Shown here: positions 27,907 through 40,300 of the stretch, piece by piece
Numbering within the stretch: the first letter of the stretch is position 1
How the letters are laid out: each line of letters opens with the position of its first letter
DNA from: Antedon mediterranea
Taxonomy: Eukaryota; Animalia; Echinodermata
Assembly: GCF_964355755.1 (NCBI RefSeq)
Contig: NC_092670.1
Span: forward strand, 20,198,795-20,262,794
Length of the DNA stretch: 64,000 bases
Direction: 5' to 3'
Position numbers and translations under genes: made by a program
Notes under the pieces: generated by a model
Seen by the model: the letters and a program-made list of their open reading frames with translations, nothing else
The model's database searches: none
What the model was told of the DNA's origin: nothing

Positions 27907-28107
27907 CAAGATTAAAACATTTAAAATACTTAATGAATAGTCTAGCAAGTCCGTTATCGGTAAAATTTGGATTGTATTTAAATAAAGATGGAAATATTCC
28001 TCAAGGTGCTGTATAATACATTTTTAATTTCTAAGAACCGTATATTAAGCTTAATTCCTACTAGAAGTGTTTTGAGCAATCACGACGAAGTTTCCACGAA
28101 CGTGTGA

Positions 28108-28380
28108 TTGGTGTGGCGCAGTGTTGGACTAGGCCTACTGATCGTGAGATCGCGGTTCGAATCCAAATCTGCCGGCCGCATATTGTATCCTTAGATACTT
28201 TACTTACGTTTGCCTCTCTCCACCCAGGTGTCCCGGTTAGATCAAGACACAACTTTACTAGCTGCATTATGTGAATATGTTTCCATACCTGTTTGATACA
28301 AAAAAATGACGGGGGTAATAATGTTCAGCGCTCAGAGGTTTTACAACATTGGCGCTATATTAATCCAGGATATTATTATT
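28108..28380 (+). mobile_element. tRNA-derived SINE family 1
   Basis: A-box TGGCGCAGTGT, B-box GGTTCGAATCC, core TGTATCCTTAG..ACACTTTAC..TTGCCTCTCTCCACCCAGGTG, (TTA)n tail; second copy ~39862-40160. Confidence 0.75.
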
Positions 28381-31121
28381 TTTACTTCTGTTGCACCTAG
28401 TACTAAACTTGCGTTGCGTCCTTGTGGGATTGTGAAAGTCGTGTATATTAGTGAAACATTATGTTCTAATCGTTTTCAATTGTAAAATTAATTGTGTGTA
28501 AATTTTATATTTAATGTTTAAAAAACAATTAGGACGGTAATAATTAAAGTTCGATCATCAAGGTTGGTTATTAAGATTAACATAAGCTATGTATTAGTAA
28601 TAAGGTTAGAATAATATTCATAACTTTTGTCTGTAATTATTAGCAATGTAATTGTTTATGTGTAATGTGTTTTAGTGCATCTAATGCATATAATAGGTAT
28701 GTAGTGTTTAATCAGGAACGTATCGCAATTTATATCCGGCTGCTCTACATCATATCAGAGATGAACAAAATAAATATATAATGTCTTATGTTTTGCGTAT
28801 GGTGACCTCTTTTTCAACATAATGCAATCAACTGCAGGGGCGGACGCAAGGTGTTTTCATACTGCAGTACATTTCTTTTTCTGTCACTAAATTAAAATTT
28901 AGATGCCATTTAATCATAGTAATAACCATTACCGTCAGCATATATTATATCTTTTTTTGTAGATATGTTTCTGAACATGCTCAGACTGAATTTCTGACTG
29001 TTTGGATTGCTTGTGTGCGTTATGAGAAGGTACACAAGGCCACACACTGTGTTCGTGGAATCATATGGGTCGTTGATTTGTCCATAATTATTGCATTTTG
29101 CCGGGGATTCTCTCATCATTTAAATATTTCCGTAGTAGGCTAATCTATTTATCTTCCTTTCCTACGTCTGTATATTGGGCCGAATTTCCGTAGTAATTAC
29201 GGACATTCAATTTCTTGAAATGTGGTTTAAGCAACACTGTGTTGTACAGTTTTTGTTGTTTGCTACCCTGTAGCGATATTTCTGGCGAACTAGAGTTGCC
29301 ATTTATCGTGAATTGTACGTGCGAGCTTACTATTTCCGGTCATAATTGGGGTGTCATTTAACAAAATTCGCTTCCTTACAGGCCCCACCATGGGGAACTG
29401 GGTTAGTATATCGATATCTACGGCATATCGATATCTTGGGCAACCCTCTTAAAATAGTAGTTAATGTTTGAAAATTCCATTTTAGCTTTTGAAAGTTAAA
29501 TTATACGTTTTATAAATATACCAATTCTTTTGTTTTTGTTTATATATAAACAAAACAAGCATTTGTATATATGAAATTTTTTTGTCTTTTCATGAATACG
29601 CAAACCTACTCATAACCAAGAATTTAAAGATATTTTAATATTTCAGGTACAACAACCCGTCACAGTTAAATTCGAGTCTAGCTTGTGAAATTTTAACCAT
29701 ATTTTTTTTATACTTTATAATTATTTTTTCTTTTTATGTACTGGAACCTATACCCAAGAAGTTAATACCAAGTGACCACAGTTATTATTTTAATGTTGAG
29801 TCTTATCTTGCTTACAGATATGACATTTGTTTTATCTGTCTTGTCTTTTCATAAATACGTTTTGATGGAACTATCTCACAACTTATCAAGTTACTGTATA
29901 TATCAGAAGATGTTCTTATTTTGTACATGACAAACCTTTTATTCTTTTTTTAAATGACAATCAGCCGAAGCAAAATCTATTCTGGATGCACCAGAACATG
30001 TACGATCAAGCATAATCAAGAGCACATTTAATTATCTGTAACATTTGAAAGTGTTTATTTAGGTGGTCTATGTAACAGAATGAAAGATGATAATTCAGTA
30101 TTTATTTATAATAAGGTATTTTAACTAGTATGCTTAAAATGATTGAATCCCCTGGACATGTTGATCTGTTAACTCTGGTCCCTTTAAACAATTAAAATTA
30201 GATCACGGTTGGTTGAAAATCTCTCGACATGCGGCCTGGGTAACGAATGGTTAATGCTATTCATGAATGCAATAATAACGTCATTTAACACTGTATGTTA
30301 TTGACAATCTAATAGATTAACTAACTATTAAAATGAAATAGTAGTTTTTATTAATATTAGTACAATGCATTTCTATACCTAGGCCTTAACTTGTTAATTT
30401 ATACAAGAATATAAATCTAACAATATCATTACTACTAAGATCTGCCTAGTAGTTTAATATTTTAATTAATAACAATAATACATTAATTCAGCAATTAATG
30501 TACTGTAACATGGGAAAGTAATAGCCATGCTTCTTTAAAAAATGGGTCTTACTCTATTATTAATTATATTACAAATAAATCAATTTTATAAATAAATATT
30601 ACAAGACTTAATTCTTTAAAATAACATGAAACGCGCGCTTATAATTTCTAAATCACTTTAAAGTGCATTAAAATATACATTTAACACCCACTATCGAGTG
30701 TTTTATTATTCATTTGCAGAAATTGTAAGTCGTCTGTAGTGTTAGTAGAGCGATTCCCAGTATCATGAACACTAGAATCGTCCACGACCATTTTTTGTCG
30801 GAAACAACATGATTTTTCATTCGTGCAACACCCGAACAATTCCGAATTTTCTTCTCAGAAATCCGGCAACCGTCACCAATAGATAACCAGATTCAGCGCG
30901 GAGTTTAGCAATCATTGCAACGTCAATGTAGAAAACCAAACTTGACACTATACAGCGATCCTCTTTCTCAAAACCATAGAACATTGTGAACATAATTCGA
31001 AGAGATTCATTTGCCCACCGCAACCATACCAGCAAATAGCGTAAACCACCATTATTACAACATACGCCCTTAACACAAGTTTAATAAATGTATAGTTACC
31101 TTCTCGGTTCAATTTAGCGGC

Positions 31122-32590
31122 CATTCAATTCAATTCAATTCAATTCACATTTATTTACTCATCGTTTATAAATACAGCTTCATAGCATAAATGATGGCAA
31201 GGATCCTGCATAGAGAAGTTTACACTTCTGTTTTCGCAGGACCCTTTTACATAAAAGACATAAAACAATAAACACAACATAATAGATACAAAATAAAAAA
31301 AAAACATTCCTATATACATTTTAGAGTTGTTCATCATCAAAAAGCGATACTGTTTTTTTAACATGATTATTTGTACTATGTGTGTATACTCGCACACACC
31401 AACACAAATGCATAATATATGCATCTATATTTTATGAGTAAAGCATTTTAAGTTCTGTAATTCGATAAAATGTCTCTTTTTACATATTTTTTTAGTATTT
31501 TATAATTTTTGTTAACAATATCTAAGTGATTTCTACAGAGCTCGTTCCATAGTTTCGGTCCGTGAATACTGATCAAATGTTGACCAGACGTTAACCTAGA
31601 GTATGGTTGTTTTACGCTACAAATATTTCGAAGATTATGGGTAGTATTTTCGTTTCTTTTGAATATCATTTGGATTCGTCTGGGTAAAACATTGCTTTTA
31701 ATCTGGGCCATGAAACCTAGGACGGTAACTCTGTTGATATCTTGTATGTTAAGAATATTTAATTGCTTAAACAGTGGCTCAGAATGTTGCCATGGCTTTT
31801 TAAATAAAATTATTCTAGCAGCCTTTTTCTGGAGTTTAAGAAGGGATTCTAGTGTACTATCATATGTACTGCCCCAAATAATGTTTCCATACTGAAGGTG
31901 CGGTAGAATTAATGTATTATACAAATTTGTTAAAATATAATTAGGAAAAAAATGTCTAGTTTTTATCAATATTCCAATAGACCTAGCGGTTTTTTTGCTA
32001 ATAAGCCTTATATGATTTTTCCAGCAAAGGTTCTCATTTATTACAACCCCAAGAAATGTTACATTTTTTTGTTGTTCTAAAGTAATGTTATTCATTTTCA
32101 ATTCAATGTTGGTTGTAATAATACGCCTTTGGGCAGTTTTAAAGATTACGTAATTTGTTTTGCTGGTGTTTAATAAAAGTTTATTAGCTTTGAACCACAT
32201 ATTAATTCTATCTAGTTCCACATTCATAGTGTTTGCCAATGCGTTCAGGTTATTTCCACACTTGAATCCTGTTGTATCATCGGCAAAGCTAATTAATTCA
32301 ATTTGTGTACTTGAGTTACATATATCGTTTACATATACAAGAAACAACAAAGGTCCCAAAACGGACCCTTGTGGAACACCAATACTAGTCTCCTTAATAT
32401 TAGACGAAGTACCATTTATAAAAACATATTGCTTTCGTGATTTTAAGTAGTTACTGAACCATTTTAGTGTAACACCTCTTATACCATAGTGGAATAGCTT
32501 GTTCAGTAAGATACTGTGGTCAATAATATCAAATGCCTTTGACAAATCCATAAATGTGGCAATTACGAACTCTTTGTTTTTATCTTGTGA
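31122..32590 (-). mobile_element. 5'-truncated CR1/L2-group LINE with an uninterrupted RT C-terminal ORF
   Basis: FMDLSKAFD, GVPQGSVLGPLLFLVYVND, FADDT, FLGV; stop at 31448; 3' UTR stem-loop GGTCCTGC..GCAGGATCC; (TGAAT)n tail. Confidence 0.93.
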
Positions 32591-32711
32591 ATGTATTTTT
32601 ATAAATATTGAAAAATAAAGTATTAAAATCCAAATCATTATTACAACAACAGGGGGTATAATAACAATAATTAGATTTTATACCTCCCTGATTACAATAT
32701 TACATTGAAAT

Positions 32712-35700
32712 CAAAGATCTTATATACTAAAGATGTGACACTTCCCGCGTTTACGCGTAACACTTTAGAAGCGTCAAATTATAGTGCGCCCCCTCGCTTA
32801 AACGAGTAACGAACTTTTGCGTGACGATCGCAGTATTCTTAAGAAAATGGGATTGAGGAGTCGCGCCAAAGTTTGTATGGTTAAGAAACAATGAATGAAA
32901 AGAGAAAAAGTGGAGGGATATACTGTCCTGCAATTAATTGTAAAAGCAATTCAAAGGCCAACCCAGAACTTAAGTTTTACAATTTTCCCAAAGACAAGAA
33001 CAGGTAAATTTATGTAATTAAATAAGTAGCCTACATCTTAACATAGGCCTATGCTATGTAGGGACTAACCTTACTTTACTGTGTATTCAATTTATACATA
33101 TATTAATAAACTAGGCTAGGTAGGCCTATTATTAATAATTATTATTTAAACGTAGGTATGAAATGATTATTATTATCATTATTAGGCTACTACTAGGCCT
33201 AGGCCTAGGCCTAGTACATTAATTATATAACAGTGAACTTACACTAATTTCTTCACTGTTCCCTGGTTATATTACTTTATCCTTTAAAATTTAGTACCTT
33301 AAACAACTTTTAAAACTTTCAATTCAAGAAACATTTATTGACCAAATATTATATCATTACAATTGTTGGCATATAAGTAAAAATTTGGTCGAAAGACTAC
33401 AAGAAGCCCAATTGGCATGTCGGTGTAGTCCCTCTTTTTACATTATACAAATAATAATAATAATAATAATAATACTTAATATAAACAAATTGTGATCTTA
33501 ATTATTTCATGCTTTCCGTCTCATGGTTAATATTTGCTTTCTGTCTCATGGTTATTTTATTTCGTTTAATTTAACTAGCCGTTACATACATTACAGTATA
33601 TTAACGCATGAAATAATTATTATTATCATTATTAGGCTAGGACATTAGTTATAATAACAGTGAAATTACACTATTTTTATTGTTCCCTGGTTATATTACT
33701 TATCCGTTGAGTAGCCCTAACAAACAATTTTTAATTGAATCTTATACTTAATATTTATGAAATTCAACCGTTAGTTAGTTAGTGGTTTTAGGTTAGGCTT
33801 AAGTATTTGACTTTAGGCCCTAACCAATTTGAAAATCAATTAGCATGCACGCAGACGTCCTATAATTACGTAAACGTTAATTATGATAAAGCAAAAACTC
33901 ACCAGACAATTATTAATTTACAGGTGTGCAAAATGGGCCCAGAACACACGACGCGCGGATTTGAGAAGGAAACCAAGTTCCTATTTACATCGTAATTGCC
34001 GCTTGTGCAATATTCATTTCGAAGAATCTCAAATACTGATGGTCACAAGAAGACTTGTATGGAATGCAGTCCTTACAATATTTGATGTCCCAAATCCACC
34101 CCACCAAGTAACAGTGCGGCGTAAATTACCCACAAGACACTCGGAGGCAACACCAACTCCAGAAAACAATGTTCGAACGTTACAGACTGTTCACAGTGAA
34201 ACAAGTAAGTGAATATAGTACTAGTGTACTAATAAAATACATTACAATAATTAGATTGTGAAAGTTCTTATTTTCTTCCTGATACAAACATATTGTTCAT
34301 TAATGTTCTCTTTTTATACTTACCGTATTTGGCCTGTCAAAAAAAGTTATGTTGGCATTTAATATTTCGTTGTGTGACGTGGTACTTATTCTTAATTGTT
34401 GTTTTTGTGTAGGGGCTCCCCGTCATCATTCTGATCATAACTATGCTATGACGTCTACCGTGACTCCTTCAACACAAGACAGGACTGAAGATGAGTGCCA
34501 AGTTCCAAGTAAGCATTATATACCCTATACACAAAATGTTATTTATTAAAGTCTAGATTGACTGATTGGATAACTAACTGTTGGACTGATTCCAACTACT
34601 ACTATTATTAATATTATAATAATAATTATTATTATTATCATTCTCAATCACAGATGCATGTGTTCCCTTTTTATTTCCAGATATACCGATACCCTTAAAT
34701 GAGACGCCGGCTAGACAATCATGTCCGTCAACTTCAAGACATGCCAGTACTTTGAAATATCGAGTGAGGGTATGCCGACTTAAAGCAAAAATGAAGAAGA
34801 TACAGTCTACCATCATTGAACTAGCAGGTGGTGATCAAATCGAAAGTATAATTCAGAAAGCTAAAACCTACATGAGTACTAATGCCTTAGATTTCTTTGC
34901 CGGCCGGTCAACTACGAATTGGCAAGAAGAAACCAAAGGGCCGTCGTTATACAGTGAAAGACCGCTTGTTTTCAATGGCGTTACATTTCCAAGGTCCCAG
35001 GGCTTACAGGTTTTGTAGAAAGATGTTTGTCCTTCCACACCCAAGATCACTGAAAAGGTGGCTACATCGAGTCGAAGTGAAACCAGGATTTAATGATGCC
35101 ACTTTTTCATCATTAAAAATTAGATGTGCAACATTCAACGAACGTGAACGTGTGGTGGCCGTGTCCCTTGATGAAATGTCCCTGAAAGCTGCCATCAAAT
35201 ACAATCGTTATAAAGATTGCATGGAAGGGTTAGAAAACTATGGGAGCATTGGCACAACAAAGAAGGTTGCTACACAGGCGCTAGTGTTCATGGTTAGGAG
35301 TATGACATCTAGATGGAAGCAGTTTACGTACGTAAACCTACGCATATTCTATGCTGTTAAATTCTTCAACAGAGACATAATCAGTGATAAGAAGAAGAGT
35401 AAAAAATTAATTAAAGTATCACATTTATGAGGTATGGTAATTGTAGGAGGTCTGTACGCGCCCCGGTCTGTGCATTATCGGCTAGAAATGATGATCATTA
35501 CGACGGTCTGGTATGATGATTGAATAATTGTAAATATGATGATTTTATTTCAATGTTTCTACATTTTTTATATTTCCTCTGGGTGGCCCGTGCATCATTT
35601 TGCAATAGTTATTGAGTTAATTTTAAACTGAGACTACTATAACATAACTAATTGCTATCTCAGGTTTTAAATAAATTATAATAACAAATGAATGTCATGG

Positions 35701-36163
35701 CGAATGATGGGTACATAATGCAGTAGTCCTAGTATGAATTGTCTCAGAATTGACTATCATAATCTGTTTCATGTCATGACTGTAGGCTTAAGCCTATGAT
35801 TGTTTATAAATATATTCCTAAAAATTATTGCAATAAAATAGTCGAAGTAGTGATTTTAAAAAGTGACTTCTTGTTCTTTTTTAATTGTTTATAACACACT
35901 ATTTGACTAATATATTTTCCTAATATGCACTGTTTTGCTGCTGGATGAAAAGTAGTATATAAGATCTTTGGAATAAACCAAAGATCATATACTATTATTG
36001 TGATGAAAAAAATGAGTATTCAGTTACAATACAGTAGACATATCTGATCCATAAATCTACTCGTTTGAGCGAGAGGGCGCCCTATAAAATGAGCTCCATG
36101 TGTGTTACATGAATTGCACGTAAAATTCCGAGAGTGTCCTATCTTTAGATTATAAGATCTTTG
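32712..36163 (+). mobile_element. P-element superfamily (THAP9-like) transposon, internally deleted
   Basis: TIR CAAAGATCTTATA..CTAAAGAT; 8-bp TSD ATTGAAAT (32704-32711, 36164-36171). Confidence 0.92.
32891..35430 (+). pseudogene. THAP-domain P transposase, spliced, frameshifted and deleted
   Basis: Exons 32891-33003 (CPAINC..FP), 33924-34204 (W..LCNIHF..AVLTIF), ~34413-34508, ~34681-35430 (coiled coil; AYRF..LPHPRSL; SLDEMSL; ALVFMVR..WKQ, then jumps to a C-terminal-type end); frameshift near 34900. Confidence 0.85.
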
Positions 36164-37381
36164 ATTGAAATAGAATAAACATTTTAATTTAGTGGCAGAA
36201 AAAACATTTAGTATGAAATTAAGGGTGTTGTCTGGACAGTTAGGCCAACACCCCTTCGTCCGCCCCTGAACTGTGGTAGATATAATAATGTTGATAAACC
36301 ATATATTATAGTTCTATGATGAAACGATGACGATGATGATTTACCGAAACAGATAACTAAAAGAGAAGATGCGCAAATTTTACAGACTTCATAGAAGTTT
36401 AGGTTGAAGATGAACTATAGAGGGCGACAATATTTTTCTGCTCGAACAAATATTTTTCACCGAATTTATTAAAGATCGAGCAGCTATCCTTAGGCCTAGG
36501 TACGTACTGATATATTTTGCTATTTTTAATATAAATACACTCTCCTTTTGTTCAAATAATATTTCAAAGTTATCAATCGTGAACTAGTGTTCAATAATAT
36601 AGTAGGTTGTGTTTCTTTTTAACCTGTTAGTATGCCTCACATCTTGAAATAAATGTGGCTAGGCTAGCTAGGCTACTAGACATCCTCCTACCTAGACACT
36701 AGCGGAATTAATAGTGCTGACTGCTGTCGAGCATTAATTACTAGAGAGACTTTCTTCCATTGTTGTTTGCGTGCCGTAAAACCCGGTAAACGAGTAGGCC
36801 TAGGTTAGAGAACGCCTCACACTCAGCCTAGCCTATACTAGGCCTAGCCTAGGTCTAATAAGATACTATTACTGGTAAAAAAATGTAAACTAAAGGTGTT
36901 ACTGAATATTGTTTAGTAGGCTAGGCACATAAGCTCTAAATTAATTATATTTTAATGAATTTATATATAAAAATATTCATATAGCCTAGGCCTACTTATT
37001 AAAATTAATTATTAAATATTGTTAATGACGTTAGCCTAGGCTAGACCAGGGTCATTTATATAAATAATAATTCCAAAACTAATATAATATTAAATAATTA
37101 TTATTATACTGTAAATTTACCAGGTTATCATGTTAGTAGCATAGGCCAGGACCATTTATATAATAAAACATAAACCAATATAATATTAAATAATAAATTT
37201 ATTAAATGTTACCTTCAGTATACTCTAAATTTAATTTTACCACGTTGGAAATGTTGAGAAATCTTTAAAATTGTATTTAGATATGAGATGATGTATTTGC
37301 CCGACGTTTAGACAAAAAGTTGAATTTTCTTTCTGATGTTGAAAAAAACTTAATCATTGTATGCCTCGATGACCAGCTGAC

Positions 37382-40300
37382 ATGGCTGCACCAAATTTTA
37401 GAGGTAAGTTCACTCTACTACTACAGTCCACTCTCTTATGTGTAACTTTATTTAGTCTCAAGTCTTTCTAGGTACGATACGATATTATTTAATGTCATTT
37501 TAACAACGAGGTACAAATGAAACTGATTGGTTTACATTTTGATTTACATACAATTATACAAACAATGAATTTAAAAAAAGCATGTAACTGTACCCAATGA
37601 ATCTAAAGAGAACTTGCTATTAAATATGTGAATTCAATTATAAACAAACGATTGTCGGCAGCGTTTAGTGTTTTGATTCAAAGTGATCAGTCTATCAGTT
37701 TGATTAAGCTGAAACCTATTAATAGTTTAAAAAATGAATTAAAAAGCATTTTACTAGTTTTTGTTTGTTTTTTCCACAGTGACCGGGGTTATAAGTCGAC
37801 CTAGACTTACCCTGCAAATAGATTCCCCGATACACACGGAGAAAAAAAAGGAGAACTTTGCCTCTAGGGGCCCAACACATCTGTAAGTTTGTCAATGTTT
37901 GTTATGTAAAATGCAGACCCACAATATTCAGGTTTTAGATTTTTACAGAAAAGGCAATGAAAACATCACATTATAAAATATATTAGGTTTAATTGAAGGA
38001 TCTACTACTGTAGACAATGATGATGCTTCCAATCTAAAGCTCTGTTTACACTATCAAACTTTATGTGACAAAAAAATGTGATGTGCCCATATATGGACAT
38101 GATGATGTTATATCACTACCATATTTGAGCATATTACAACTATATTTGAGTGTACGATTGAAGTTAGGAGAGAAGAATCATTTCAAAGCAAGATGTTCAT
38201 TATTATGCATTATGCCACTTGTTACTACACTACATTTCTTCTGTCCTAAAACACACACATTTTTTGTTTTTTTTTTCTTTTATAGAGAAAGGATGAAATC
38301 CAGAAGTCTAGAATCCATAGGAAAGTTAAACATATCTCCTGATGAGGTAATCATTTGGCATAATTTAATCATCAGACGCGAGGGCAAAAATATGCAAATT
38401 ATTTTTATATACAGTACAGCCAGGTTGTAGAGAAAAGAATGACTCTTGACTGGACTGGTGAATGTTGTTTCTTCCCCAAACTCATACTAAACTCATACTA
38501 AAACTCATGTTAAAGTCCCATTCCCTACGTATTTTAGATCAAATTTAAGGTCACAAACTACATTTAAACATGTAAAAATAAATACTATATAGTCCTATTG
38601 CAATAACTTTTTCGTCTTTAAACAGTTTCAAATATGAAAAATAAGTTGATTGTAATAATTTAAGTGGCCCACTATAAATTGCAACATGAAGTGTGCACGG
38701 ATTGATATTTTCGCTTTTCTTCTGTGATTCACCCACTTTCGATCGTGAAGAAAAAACAAATGGAAGATTTGACAACGAAAATACCAGGTTTTCCCCAATC
38801 TGTATTAATGGATTCTGTCAATGGGACTTTAAAGGTGTATGCATGGTTTGTTTAAAAAGTTTACAAAGCTAAGTGGAAATATAATGCTTAACTAACTGGT
38901 TGTTTACTATTTTTATTTTGTAGTGTTATGACTTCACTGCCCATGATTTACAAGACCAGGGAGAAATTGGACGTGGCAATTATGGATCGGTTAACAAAAT
39001 GATACACATTCCAAGTGACACGCTTATGGCGGTGAAGGTACCCAAGACTTCTTAATCATATTACATTGATATTTTCTATTTTTATATTATTTGTTTCTGA
39101 TTGTATTAAGTGCATCAAAGTTGCATTTTGTTGATTATTCTTATACGAGTGAGTTAGTGGCCAAGCGGTTAAGACAGTGGAACCGTATTACCCTGCCATA
39201 TTAACATCGGCAAGGGTTCAAGCCTCACTTGCTCCATGGTTCTGGTGGTAGAATGAGTCTTCTCGGATAAGGACTATAAACCCTAGGTCCAGTGTACACA
39301 TCTGGCTCATGTGCACTTTAAAGACCCTAGTACATCTTTCGAGACGAGTAGTGGCTTACCCCGGTGTACTAGTATGTACAGCCACTGTCACTCATCAAGA
39401 GGGCCCCTTGATTGTCAGCATACACTGTTTAGGATCACCCTCTATAAATAAGGTGAAATAAGAAAATAAACTAAAAATGCTTCATAACAGGTTGCATTTC
39501 CTTGATTACGTTTATTCCTCTTTTTTTTTCATTTCCTGTTCCATATTCCATGTTCTCCTGTTAGCTTGCATTTCCTGAGTGGCCAGCATAAACTTTTATA
39601 TAATTTATTTAGCTTTAATATATTCTATTTCATTATATTTCTTTAGAGAATTAGGTCGACAGTAGAGGAAAAAGACCAGAAGCAACTGTTAATGGACTTA
39701 GACGTGGTTAAGAGAAGCAGCGAATGCCCTTATATTATTAAGTTCTTTGGAGCATTATTTAAAGAGGTATGGTTAAAAATAATACATATTTATAACATGT
39801 GCATCTCCATGAAGGTGCAGTATTGTATAATAGATGATTTTTTGCTTGTAAGTTTATGTAGTTGTTGGCCGCAGTGTGTTGGATGTTGGACTACTGATCA
39901 TTATGGCTAATAAAGAAATAAAAATAAGATTGCGAGTTCGAAACCAACCCTCGCCGCATTGCTTGTATCCTTAGGCAAGACACTTTACTTACGTTTGCCT
40001 CTCTCCTCTCTATAAATGGGTACCTGTTTAGGTCAAAACACTCTTTCGCTGATTACTAGCTGCTTTATGGGAGTACGTTTCCATACATGTTTGATTAAAA
40101 AAATTACCCGCTGTAATAATGTGAAGCCCTTCGAAACTTTGTGCAATTAGCGCTATATAAGAACGAGAACGAACAAGCATTTATGTTGCTATTGTTGTAC
40201 CTTTAACTCGAGCCCACTACTTCTGGTAAAGTTTCAAGTATGCTATATATCTGAGAACTAACATGAGCTTGATCTGCCTATATCCAATTGTTGCTTTTTA

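Larger units (their letters stand above)
28835..36268. mobile_element. hAT-like element shell (5-bp TSD) enclosing a LINE and a P element
   Basis: Perfect 12-bp TIR CAGGGGCGGACG / CGTCCGCCCCTG with AACTG directly outside both ends. Confidence 0.6.

Noticed and set aside
30817-31035. 72-aa ORF as a transposase or host gene
   Set aside because: No recognisable motifs, and the other frames are interrupted by stops.
39148-39240. tRNA genes (also at 28108, 42033, 54431, 62920)
   Set aside because: A and B boxes run into shared SINE bodies and no clean cloverleaf forms.
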